The translations under genes were made by a program, and so were the position numbers. 26,041 bases of DNA from Tubiluchus corallicola (taxonomy: Eukaryota; Animalia; Priapulida), in contig JAQGDQ010001772.1 of NCBI GenBank assembly GCA_030141605.1, forward strand, positions 1-26,041, written 5' to 3'. Under the pieces are notes generated by a model, which had not been told where the DNA came from, searched no databases, and saw only the letters and a program-made list of their open reading frames with translations. Each line of letters opens with the position of its first letter. Position 1 is the first letter of the stretch. This document shows positions 1 to 11,715 of the stretch, in pieces.

Positions 1-965
1 ATATAATAATTTTTGATATCCCACCTCTTTGGTTTGTCAATTATTATAAGGACCAGAAGAAACTTTCGATCAGATTTCCTTGAATTTCTACCTTCTGGTG
101 CCTGTGTATTTATAAATCTTATTATGAATTCCCTGTTCCTTTCTAGGCGCCCTGTCTTCATTTCACCATGCAGCCACAAACATCAGTTTCCGCACCAATG
201 TTAATTAGTTGTTATTAGATGTTGTAAACATGGTGTTTTTTAATTGTGTCATTGCATAGGTACCACCTTTGTCATTTTAAAGCAAATATAGAAAAGCTGT
301 TACTACATGTATCTACAAATGAAATAGACAGTAAGTCCTTACTTTTGTAGAGAATGAGCACAAAATACGTACAGAATGAGTTATTACATGTAATGAACTG
401 TTATACATGTTTTTATGAGTTGTTGTTAATTTTGCTAAACAATTGTTAAGTTAATTTTTAATAAAATATTTTGCACTTCACTTACAACTTAATATGAATC
501 AGTCCTATCAAACTAAATTAAAATATAGTAGTAGTTGTTTGTCCCAATATTTTATTGTTAAGATGTTAGAGTTGCCGTTTTTCTGTTTCAGATTTTAGAA
601 GTTGCTGATGAGGGAAGAAACTTGCTGTTTTCTAGTGTCAAGTCAGTTGCTTATTTCTTCTGTTTTGTCAATGGCAGTTGATAGCAGGTACTACATGCAA
701 AAAACCTCACGTAGGCTTAGTATTACTTGAGACGAACAGTATTTGTTCCAAACATTTAAGTAGAAATCACAACTTGTATCCTAGTCTAATATGAAGAATA
801 GTACAATGTTAATAATAATGTTTCCTGTGTGTCAAATCACAGAGGCAGCGCAAACGTCTTTTTCTTTACTTATCACTTCTTTGAGTGAATGTGTTCTGCT
901 TTGTGCTTCACCTCTTTCTTTACCAAAGGAACTATTCAAAAATTAGGTAAATGATTTCTCTACTT

Positions 966-1266
966 ATTACGCTTCGTGGTTCAAAATTTAGAAAGCATAA
1001 GCTAATATGCTTTGTCACGTTTGCACAACGTGTGCTTCTGTAAAGGTAGAGCGAAGGCATAGAAAAAATGTTGCGTGTTAAAAATGGTTGCAACGAAGAA
1101 ACACAAAAGGAAGCTATTACCAAATATTTCAAGAATTAAGAGCAGACACGACCAAATGATTTTTTTAAATTACAAGCAAATGACACCAACAATGTTTAGC
1201 GACCTGCTAGATAAAAGGAAAATTTCACCTGTCATACAAAAGAGTAATACCAACGTCAGTGCTAGA
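966..1266 (+). pseudogene. N-terminal fragment of a PIF/Harbinger DDE transposase, repeat copy 1
   Basis: Translation across frameshifts gives KWLQRRNTKGSYYQIFQELRAD..PNDF.NYKQMTPTMFSDLLDKRKISPVIQKSNTNVSA. This fits the recalled Harbinger N-terminal pattern W..RR...G.Y..L..ELR..DP..F.NY.RM....F..LL..I.P.I.K..T..R. It ends before the helix-turn-helix and DDE core. Confidence 0.8.
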
Positions 1267-1465
1267 GGGTAAATTTCGTGCATATAATATAATAATTTTT
1301 GATATCCCACCTCTTTGGTTTGTCAATTATTATAAGGACCAGCAGAAACTTTCGATCAGATTTTTTTGAATTTCTACCTTCTGGTACCTGTGTATCTATA
1401 AATCTTATTATGAATTCCCTATTCCTTTCTAGGCGCTCTGTCTTCATTTCACCACGCAGCCACAA
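1262..1465 (-). pseudogene. Probable N-terminal fragment of the Harbinger Myb/SANT-like (MADF) partner ORF; equivalents at 1-~180 and ~2550-2753
   Basis: The ORF-track peptide ..KKSDRKFLLVLIIIDKPKRWDIKNYY resembles the MADF start motif (LI......P.LWD.K...Y). It lies in the same unit as the transposase fragment, as expected for a two-ORF Harbinger element. Confidence 0.5.
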
Positions 1466-2253
1466 ACATCAGTTTCTGCACCAATGTTAATTAGTTGTTA
1501 TTAGATGTTGTAAACATGGTGTCTTTTTAATTGTGTCATTGCATAGGTACCACCTTTGTCATTTTAAAGCAAATATAGAAAAGCTGTTACTACATGTATC
1601 TACAAATGAAATAGACAGTAAGTCCATACTTTTGTAGAGAATGAGCACAAGATACGTACAGAATGAGTTATTACATGTAATGAACTGTTATACATGTTTT
1701 TATGAGTTGTTGTTAATTTTGCTAAACAATTGTTAAGTTAATTTTTAATAAAATATTTTGCACTTCACTTACAACTTAATATGAATCAGGCATATCAAAC
1801 TAAATTAAAATATAGTAGTAGTTGTTTGTCCCAATATTTTATTGTTAAGATGTTTGAGTTGCCATTTTTCTGTTTCAGATTATAGAAGTTGCTGGTGAGG
1901 GAAAAAAACTTGCTGTTTTCTAGTGTCAAGTCAGTTGCCTATTTCTTCTGTTTCGTCAATGGCAGTTGTTAGCAGGTGCTACATGCAAAAAAGCTCACAT
2001 AGGCTTACTATTACTTGAGAAGAACAGTATTTGTTCGAAAGACTTACGTAAAGATCACAAGTTGTTTCCTAGTCTAAAATGAAGTAAAGTACAATGTTAA
2101 TAATAATGTTTCCTGTATGTCAAGTCACAGAGGCAGCGCAAACGTCTTTTTCTTTACTTATCACTTCTTTGAGTGAATGTGTTCTGCCCTGTGCCTCACC
2201 TCTTTCTCTACCAAATTAAGTATTTAAAAATTAGGTAAATGATTTCTCTAGTT

Positions 2254-2554
2254 ATGGCGCCTCGTGATTCAAAATTTAGAAAGCATAAGCTAATATGCTT
2301 TGTCACGTTCGCACAACATGTGCTTCTGTAAAGGTAGAGCGAAGGCATAGAAAAAAATGTTGCGTGTTAAAAATGGTTCAAACGAAGAAACACATAAGGA
2401 AACTATTACCAAATATTTCAAGAATTAAGAGCAGACACAACCAAATGATTTTTTAAATTACAAGCAAATGACACCAACAATGTTTAGCGACCTGCTAGAA
2501 ATAATGAAAATTTCACCTGTCATACAAAAGAGTAATACCAACGTCAGAGCTTGA
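2254..2554 (+). pseudogene. N-terminal fragment of a PIF/Harbinger DDE transposase, repeat copy 2 (ATG retained)
   Basis: ATG at 2254 (MAPRDSKFRKHKLICFV..), then KWFKRRNT*GNYYQIFQELRAD / PNDFLNYKQMTPTMFSDLLE...ISPVIQKSNTNVRA*. Internal stops and frameshifts are present. Confidence 0.8.
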
Positions 2555-3553
2555 GGGTAAATTTCGTGCATATAATATAATAATTTTTGATATCCCACCT
2601 CTTTGGTTTGCCAATTATTATAAGGACCAGAAGAAACTTTCGATAAGCTTTCTATGAATTTCTACCTTCTGGTACCTGTGTATCTATTAATCTTATTATG
2701 AATTCCCTATTTCTTTCTTCGCACTCCGTCTTCATTTCACCATGCAGCCACAAACAACAGTTTCAGCACCAATGTTAATTAGTTGTTATTAGATGTTGTA
2801 AACATGGTGTCTTTCTAAATTGTGCCATTGCATAGGTACCACCTTTGTCATTTTGAAGCAAATATAAAAAAGCTGTTACTACATGTATATACAAATGAAA
2901 TAGACAGTAAGTCCATACTTTTGTAGAGAATGAGCACAGAACACGTACAGAATGAGTAATTACATGTAATGAACTGTTATACGTGTATTTATGAGTTGTT
3001 GTTAATTTTGTTAAACAATTGTTAAGTTAATTTTTAATAAAATATTTTGCAATCCACTTACAACTTAATATGAATCAGTCATATCAAACTAAATTAAAAT
3101 ATAGTAGTAGTTGTTTGTCCAAATATTTTATTGTTAAGATGTTTGAGTTGCCGTTTTTTTGTTTCAGATTATAGAAGTTGGTGATGAGGGAAATAACATG
3201 CTGTTTTCTAGTTTCAAGTCAGTTGCCTATTTCTTCTGTTTCGTCAATGGCAGTTGTTAGCAGGTGCTACATGCAAAAAACCTCACATAGGCTTACTATT
3301 ACTTGAGAAGAACAGTATTTGTTCCAAACATTTAAGTAGAAATCACAACTTGTTTCCTAGTCTAAAATGAAGTACATTACGATGTTAATAATAATGTTTC
3401 CTGTGTGTCAAATCACAGAGGCAGCACAAACACCTTTTTTTTACTTATCACCTATTTGAGTGAATGTGTTCTGCCCTGTGCTTCACCTCTTTCTTTACCA
3501 AGGGAAGTTTTCAAAAATTAGGTAAATGATTTTTCTATTGTTGGAAAAAGTGA

Positions 3554-4696
3554 GGTTATCATTCACCAAATATGCTTCCTTGGTTGCTGTCTATCAGGAA
3601 GAGGATAGAAGATTCAATTGACGTAGAGACAATTGTTAAAGAGATAAATGGCAAAGCAATGAACTATATTGGTTCTCAATCATTGCAAAACAATCATGCA
3701 TCTGGCATGACAAACAACACTGGAAATGAGCAAGCATCTGGTAGAGCAAAATTGGAAGCAATTCCCATTCCTGGTTTTCGTGGTGGCTACAGTGAATAGC
3801 CGACGTTCATCACAAATTGGAGGAGGTTTGTCGAAAAACATTATTCCAGTGAATTTTGGGCTGCCATCTTGAATGAGAAACTAAGTGGAGAGGCGGCGGA
3901 TCTAGTAGCTGCCTGTAATGACAACTACGCTAAAATGATTAAACGCCTTGAAAGAAAATATGGAGATAGAAAGAAAGTCACTGAAAGCATCATGGCAGAA
4001 ATCAGAGATGTTAAGCCTTTATCTTCTGGCAACCATGTTGGTTACATAAAGTTTGTCGACAGGATAGAAAAAGCCAGTACAAAACTAAAGTCACTAGGTA
4101 TGTAGCAGGAAATTAGCAATGCGGGGGCACTAGCTGAAATTGAACACAGATTACCGGAAGATATTCGTAATGAATGGGCAAGGCACATCATCAGCAAGAG
4201 TGATGAGGAGAGACTGGAACCTTTCAAGCATCTTTTACCATTTTTGTTAATGGAAAAGGAGCGCGTAGAGTATTTAACTGCAGGTGTACGAAAGCAATTT
4301 GGCAGTGTCAGTAGCCATTATCAGGACATTCAACCTGAAGCCTTTGGGACTGGTGGCAGTGCTAAGTTAAAAGGCTGTTTCAAATGTGGCAAACAAGGAC
4401 ATTTTGCTCGTAAATGTAAAGCAAACGGGAGGATGGGTGACAAAGGACCTTACTTCAAGTGCAGCACATGCGAAGTAAATGACCATTTAAACAGGGATTG
4501 TGAAAAGTTCAAAAACATGACTGTTAATCAAAGACGAGATGTAATAAAGAGGCATGGTGCTTGTTATATCTGTGGAAATCATGTGGCAGTAGTATGCAAG
4601 GGCACAGTAAGGTGCAAGAAGTGTCAGAATGGAGGTCTCCATACAATGCTCTGCTCCAAAGAGATGCAATCTGGGCCTAGTAGTGTTTCAAAATAA
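3554..4696 (+). pseudogene. BEL/Pao gag region
   Basis: KLEAIPIPGFRGGYSE*PTF motif typical of BEL gag. Cys/His knuckles CFKCGKQGHFARKC, CSTCEVNDHLNRDC, CYICGNHVAVVC and CKKCQNGGLHTMLC. In-frame stops at 3797, 4103 and 4694. Confidence 0.9.
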
Positions 4697-4809
4697 AATG
4701 TTGAAGTGGTTGATTCAACAACTATTTCAAATTGTTTGGATGCTAAGAAGGTTACATCAGCTACAGTGACGGATAGTGCGGTACTGATTCAACAACATTA
4801 CGTCATATA

Positions 4810-7800
4810 ATGGAGATTCAAGGACCAAGGCGGGGCAGTAAAATCAATGCTTTCTTTGATTCAGGAAGTTCTGGAATGTTTATAACACATGACTGTGCAA
4901 AGCAGAATAAGTTCCCTGGAAAAAGTGAGATAATTGATGTTAAAACTTTGCAGGGACACGTGGAAACTTTGGAAACTCAGGTGTATAACGTCACGATAAT
5001 GGATAAAGATAATCAACGTCATACCTTTTTGGCATATGGCTTGGATTCAATAACTGGAAGCATTTCTCCAGTTGACATGACAGTGGTGAAGGGTATTTTT
5101 CTAGGGATTTCAGTTGGGGATCTTAAGCGTCCAAGTGGCACAGTGGAGCTTTTACTTGGCAATTTTAAAGCTGGATGGCAACCTCAACCAATCAGATCAG
5201 ATGGTGCTCATCTTTTCATTATGGAAAATATGTTTGGTAGGTGTTTGGGTGGATCTCATCCAGAGCTATTTGACACCACCAGAAAGGCAAATGGATGCTG
5301 GAAAGAAGCTATTTTTCATGCAAAGGTCTCTAATTTCAGTACTGAAGTTTTAAGTCATCCACAGCTCAATCCACAGGAGTGTCTAGTGATAAAGCAGCCG
5401 GGTGATTCTATGTCATCATTTTCAATTGGTACAGAAGCTAACTGTGACACCTTCTTTGCAGCTGAAGCACTCGGAACTCAGATTGTGCAGAAATGTGGGG
5501 CATGTCGGTGTGGTAAGTGCCCTATACCCGGGCATACCTACAGTTTCCGGGAAGAAAGTGAGCTACGCTTGATCCGTGAAGGACTCAGCTACAATCTAGA
5601 TTGCCAAGTCTGGATTTCGAAGTATCCTTGGATAGTGGACAGATCGCAGTTGCCTGATAACTATCAACAAGCTCTGTCAGCTTTACAGTCGTGTGAGACA
5701 AGTTTGGCAGAAAATACAGAATGGGGTGCTGTGTATTCAGGTCAGATACAAGACATGGTCAATCGAGCTGCTGCACGCAAACTTAGTCAAGCCGAGATTG
5801 ATAACTGGAAAGGGCCAGTTTTCTATTTATGCCACTTAGCTGCGCTTAACCCTAAGTGCCAGTCAACACCCGTGCGAATTGTTTTCAACACAACAATAGA
5901 AAAGCCAAGCTTAACATTTCACTTAATTCATGTTTGGCTAATGGACCAGACAATTACCTTAATAATTTGCTTGGCGTGTTTTGCGGGTTTTGAGAGCACT
6001 CTTTTGCTATTCAAGGGGACATTAGGAAGATGTACAACTCAGTTGAAATGGATGTCAATGATCAGCACTGCCACAGATTTCTTTGGCGGGATTGTGATGA
6101 AAATAGGGCGCCAGATGTATACATCATTACTGTTGTAAATATTGGCGACCGTCGGCGGGAGCGATTGCCACTGAAGCGTTGTATATGACTGCTGAAATGT
6201 TCCAAAACTCACATCCTCAGGCAGCAAAGGTCATAAAAGAGTCAACATATGTTGATGATATTCTAGAGTCTTGTGAAGGAAGAGAAAGGGGCCTCGGACT
6301 AACAAAGGAGGTGGAAGATATTTTGAATAGAGGGAATTTTAAAGTGAAGTGTTGGCGTTTTTCTAGTGAAGCAACTACAGAAGAAAACTCTTCGGTTAAA
6401 GTGATTGCAAATTCAGAAGAGGAAGGTCGAGTGTTGGGAGTTGTGTGGGACTCAGTGGTGGACAAATTCAAATTTCTTGCAAAGATCAATTTCTTAAAAA
6501 GGAGGAGGAAAGTACGAACAGGTACAGACATATGTCGCGAGGAGTTAGCCAGAGAAATGGCACCAATTTTGACAAGACGGATGGTCATGAGCCAAGTCAT
6601 GTCACTGTTTGACCCATGTGGCTTTCTTACTCCAGTCACCATGAAGAGTAAGATACTGCTAAGGGAAACTTGGGTTAAGAAACTTGGCTGGGATGATGCA
6701 TTGCCATTGGATCTGCGGGAGGAGTTTTTTGAATTTTTTCAAGAACTCTATGATGTTCAGAGTTTATCATTCCCAAGATGCTTGCAGCCAAGAGAAACTG
6801 TTTGTGATCCGATGCTGATCATACTTTCAGATGCTAGTGAGACAGGATTTGGTGCTGTCGCCTATGCTCATTGGGAATTAACTGATGGAGGTAGTAAGAG
6901 TCAGCTTATAATGGCAAATGGTAAAATTGCTCCGCTGAAGCACATCACGATCCCAAGACTTGAACTAAATGGTGCTCTAGTGGGCAAACGAATAAGGAAA
7001 TTCATTGAAAGTGAAATGCGGTACAATTTCACAGAGGTTTTGCATCTCATTGACTCTAAAACAGTTTTGGGGATGCTACAAAAAACAAGCAGTAGATTCG
7101 ATCGCTATGTGGGAGTGCGTGTTGGAGAAATACAATCTGCATCTAAACTTTCAGAAGACGGGAAACTTGATGAGTGGATGTGGATCGATGGATCTCATAA
7201 TATTGCAGACTGGGTGACACGTGGAAAGAAGCCATCAGATTTAGCAAGTGATGAATGGGTAAACGGACCACATTTTCTGAGTTTACCAAGGAGTGAATGG
7301 CCTGTATCACCTGCTTCAGTCAGTGAGGATGAACTTTCAGATATCACAGCAGTTGGAGTAGTTTCTGTCAAGGAGAATGAGTCAGTATTTGATGTATCCC
7401 GGTTTAGCAAAGTTAATAGGCTACTTCGTTCAGTCGCAAGAGTGTTGCAAATAGTGAAACCATGTGGTGATGGGAAACCCCATTTTTCCAGTGGTTCAGT
7501 AATGGTAACAGCTGAGATGCTGGAGGCAGCCAGAAGACGTGTCATCAAAGAAGCTCAGGACACAGTAGAGGAAGAGTTAGAGAAATCGACACCAGATAAA
7601 GATGGTAAACCCACTGGTAGATTTATGAGGTTAGCACCTACGAAGAACAGTGACGGATTTTGGGTGGTTGGCAGTAGAATGCAGTGTTATGTCATTTTTA
7701 CGTGGGACAACCAGCTACCTATTATTTTGACATATGGACATCCATTGACACGACTTTTCATGGACGAAGCTCATGCTCAAGGGCATCTTGGGGTGGCTGC

Positions 7801-8907
7801 AACTCTGGAAAAGTTTCGCAGGTAGTACTGGGTTCCTCGTGGAATGCAATTGGCCAAAAGTGTCAAGCACAGATGTACTACTTGTAGACGTGTTGATGTC
7901 AGAGCAGCTAATGGGCCCTCTTCCAGAAGAAAAGCTTAAGCCAGCTCCACCTTGGAAAAATACAGGATTGATTTGTTTGGTCCATTTAGGGTAAGAGGAG
8001 AAGTCAATAAAAGATGATCTGGGAAATCATATGGGGTTCTGTTTGTGTGTTTAATAACAAAGGCTGTCCACATAGAACTTGCGAACAGTTACTCCACTTG
8101 CAGCTTTCTTTCATGTCTCCGTCGGTTTGGTGCAATCAGAGGCTGGCCAACAAAGATGTTCAGTGATGGTGGGTCGCAGCTGAGAGCAGCAGGCAAAGAA
8201 TTGTTGGAAATGCATCTTCAGCTAGCAGGAAAAGATGAGTCCACATTCAGTGCTTCAAATGGATTTGCTTGGTAGTTTAGCCCTGCACATGCTCCATGGT
8301 GGCAGGGGACAACAGAGAAGTTGATTCATACGGCAAAAGGGCAATTTCACTGGCAGTAGGATGTGCACTCAAGAGCTATTCCGAGTTACAAACTGTTCTT
8401 TACGAGGTGATGCAGCTAATAAACCAGCGACCTCTGCATGTACATATTTCAGAGGAGAAACATTTCAATGCTTTGACACCGAATGATATGTTGCTTGGTC
8501 GCAGCTCTGTGAACATACCTCTAGGTCCGTGGAACTACAAGGCATCGTACAGAGATCGCTTTAGAGTAATTCAGACAATTGTCGACACGTTTTGGCGCAG
8601 GTGGAGCAGAGACTGTGCACCAGCCTTGGTAGTTCGTCAGAAGTGGCATCATAGAGAGCGGAACATTTAAGTAGGAGATGTTGTGTTTGTTGCTGACACC
8701 AATACTCTGCGAGGAGAGTATCGCTTGGCAATGGTGGATGAGGTGTTTCCTGGATCAGATGGAAATGTTCGCCATTGCATCGTCAAATACAAAAACATCA
8801 AACCGGATGAGTATGCTAGGAACCATGGTGGGGCGACATATACATGGGTAAGACGGCCAGTTCAGTGGTTGGTTGTTCTTGTTCCTGCAGATGGTTGGGA
8901 GATTTAA
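4810..8907 (+). pseudogene. BEL/Pao pol region (aspartic protease, RT, RNase H, integrase), broken by stops and frameshifts
   Basis: Protease AFFDSGS; STPVRIVF; RT YVDD; RVLGVVWD; FDPCGFLTP; RNase H SDAS and TIPRLEL; NIADWVTRG; integrase HAQGHLG..C..C, AVHIE, FSDGGS, APWWQG; LTPNDMLLGR; FWRRWS; VRRPVQWLVVL*. Confidence 0.95.
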
Positions 8908-8938
8908 AGGAGCACCGCATTTTTTTTCATCTCGGGGG

Positions 8939-9544
8939 TGTTTAGGAAACAATTTGATGATATATTTTTTGTTATGCAGTTGTGTCATAATGAATGTTTT
9001 TTAAGACTAAGATTTAACACTTAGATTTTAAGACTTAGATTTAACAGAAACTTGTAGTATCTTGGGGAGGTGCTGCCATCTTTTGGCTGTAAAATTAATT
9101 TACCTATTTCTGAAACTGTTTACTGTACAATCTATTTACATACCATTTACTGGGTTTCAACTGAAGTTAAAGAGCTGTAACAGGAGTCCTGGCTAATGTA
9201 TGTTGGTCAGTTGTAGTTCAGGTCTCATAGTCTGCTGGTCAATAATGTAATTGGTGACTTTCATAATGTAGTTTGTCAAGGTATGTTGCTTTAAATTATA
9301 TTTTTGTGTTTTTTTCTGATTTGCTAAACTGAGAGGTTAGTGCTTTAATTTTTGTTATAAGAGTGTTAAACTTAGGTGAATTATTAAGTTAAACTTCCCT
9401 AAATGTTGCTTTTACTTTTATTTCAGACTGCAATTTATGTTGAAACCTACCCCCCCTCTGCACCGGCTTCACTTCTTCATCTTTTTTGACAATAAAGGAA
9501 TCAACCTGTATCAAAGTGTTCATCATTTTTATTTGGTTACAACA
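8939..9544 (+). repeat. 3' LTR of the BEL/Pao element (~606 bp)
   Basis: Starts TGTT immediately after the GGGGG PPT (8934-8938) and ends AACA (9541-9544), a 4-bp terminal inverted repeat. AATAAA at 9491. LINE coding sequence begins directly after the end. Confidence 0.85.
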
Positions 9545-10660
9545 TGCAGGCAGACAAACTGGACAAAACAGTAGGGATATTTTGTGACCTCTCTAAAGCC
9601 TTTGACACAGTTAATCATAAAATACTTCTTGCAAAACTACATCATTACAGTCTTAGAGGGGTAGCAAACGCATGGATATCTAGCTATCTTCATGGGAGAA
9701 CACAATAATGGTTCGACATAATAATGTAATTTCAAACGAAGCTTCTATAACCCATTTGGTACCGCAAGGCTCAATCTTAAGTCCATTGCTATTTTTAATA
9801 TATATAAATGACATAAAATATGCTTTAGATAGTCCAAATCTGTTCCAGTTTGCAGATGATACGAGCATATTCTTTGAATTAAACAAGGCTGATAATTTAA
9901 TGTATATCAACCGTGAGTTACAAAATATTGCTATTTGGTTCAAAACGAATAAGTTGTCATTAAAATCTACAAAAACTAAATCTATCATTTTTAGAGCAAG
10001 ACACAAGTAAATTCCAATTGATAATGGTGATATTAAAATCAATAATTCCCCAAATGAAATCATACAGGAAATGAAATTTTTAGGAATCATTCTAAATGAG
10101 CACATGGATTGGAAGCCGCACATAGACATGATCAAAAGTAAGATTTCAAAAAGTATAGGCGTCATATGTAGGACTAAAAATTGCTTTACTAATTTACACA
10201 TAATAACCTTATACAATTGTTTAATATTTCCATACCTCACATACTGTTGTCTCCTTTGGGACACTAATATAAATAAATTACGGGTTATCCAAAGAAAATT
10301 TCTTAGAATCACCTGTAATCTTAGAAAAAGAGAACATCTTAGTTTAACATGTTTTAAAACTAACAAAATTTTAACTGTTGACGATTTAATACACATGAAT
10401 ACAGCTACATACATGTATAAAACTAAATATAATCTCTTTCCAACGTTCTTTAATAATCCATTCCAACCAAATAATCAGCGTTACGCAACCAGAATGAATG
10501 AGTTTGTCGTAAATTTCTGTAGAACAGACGTGGCACGGCAATTCATTGCAAATATTGGTCCAAGTTTTGGAATGACATAAATGATGAATTAAAAACTGTT
10601 CAGCCAATTCCAAAATTTAAAAAGAAATACAGAGCAATGATTCTCAACAAGTACAACAAC
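9545..10660 (+). mobile_element. 3' half of non-LTR retrotransposon ORF2 (CR1/L2/Crack-like RT), degenerate
   Basis: [35 protein letters not shown]; VPQGSILSPLLFLIYIND; FADDT; WFKTNKLSL; KFLG; C-terminal FKKKY...LNKY. Several stops and frameshifts. Confidence 0.93.
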
Positions 10661-11715
10661 TTCCGAATTTCCCACACCTTAATGAGCTCTAACTCTGCAT
10701 GTATCCCTTTGAGACAATAGTGGCTTTCTTAAACAAGACACCTGCATTTCTATAACACGTGTGACGATTCTGACACATTAAATTCGGTCCACCAGCTGGG
10801 TGAGTTTCTTTTTTCATGAATTTACTTCATGAAATCAGGGAGGCGTGTGTGTATCAACTGAATCTAATTCAGCTGATAACTCCATTAATTATCATCCAAA
10901 ATACATATTCATAAATTTATTCACAACAACTTCTTTATCTCTTGTTGTGTAAAAACTGAATGTGTGACGTGAATAAATTATTTCTAAAGGTCGCTGCTCT
11001 GTAACATGCCAAGGACACTGGTCATTCATAACAACAGGTCGTATAAGAGAAGGAAACATAAAGAGGCACAATCAAGTATCATCATTATCATCGTCTTTAC
11101 TATCATACTTTTGGACTAAAAATGTTTTGACCTATTCAAATTTTTTGCAGCAGCCAGCCTCATCATAGCCATTGTCATTGACACTGTTGATAGATTTGGT
11201 TGTTGTTGTTGTTTCTGCCCCAGGACCACTTTCATTTTTTTAATTGCTAAGATTTAGTAGCGGGATTAGTGGCACGAAGTATATACTATAGTACAACTTG
11301 TAATGTAGGTAAATTTTACATTTTATTCTACAACTTTCTGCCACTCTAGACATCGTTTGTATCTATGTAATTTCCTGTTCCAGCTTTTTTATTTAGATCT
11401 TCAGACTCTCGCATATTTTGCAGCAAACTAGTTCAGAATGCGAAGCATTGTATTACTTGCTTTTTGAACTTTTTATACCCACGTGTCTGTTATGTCATTT
11501 AGAATGCCTTTCACTACTGATGATAAATATGAATTTTTCAATTAGACTTTGTTACTAACCAAGACGTTGAGATTGACAATTGGTGTAAACATATTTCAAG
11601 CTGAAAATGTGCTGCATATCGTAATCATATTAATAAAAAGCAATATAGTTTTTTATTGTCAACTAAAAGTGTTCAACACTCACCTCAGTAATACTTACTA
11701 ATAAAATTGAAAAGA

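Larger units (their letters stand above)
1..3540. repeat. Tandem macrosatellite, ~1,287-bp unit, ~2.75 copies, cut by the left window edge
   Basis: The anchor GATATCCCACCTC occurs at 15, 1301 and 2589 (periods 1286 and 1288). The units are collinear, differing by scattered substitutions and small indels. The third copy stops at ~3537-3540. Confidence 0.97.
3541..9544 (+). mobile_element. BEL/Pao-family LTR retrotransposon, 5'-truncated and inactivated
   Basis: Domain order gag-PR-RT-RNase H-IN with a BEL-type C-terminus, followed by a G-rich PPT and a TG..CA LTR. No 5' LTR or PBS is visible. Confidence 0.95.

Noticed and set aside
600-630. Hammerhead ribozyme core (CTGATGA..GAAA)
   Set aside because: No stem II, and the core is mutated in the other two copies. 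A similar CTGATGA at ~23110 lacks GAAA and stems I/III.
1262-1325. Spliced-leader RNA gene in the tandem unit (AGG|GTAAAT followed by Sm-like AATTTTTGA)
   Set aside because: No convincing flanking stem-loops, and the sequence is explained as the junction of the transposase and MADF-like stubs.
9680-10414. 244-aa minus-strand ORF and other antisense ORFs over the BEL and LINE regions
   Set aside because: Shadow ORFs of the retroelement coding strand with no motifs of their own.
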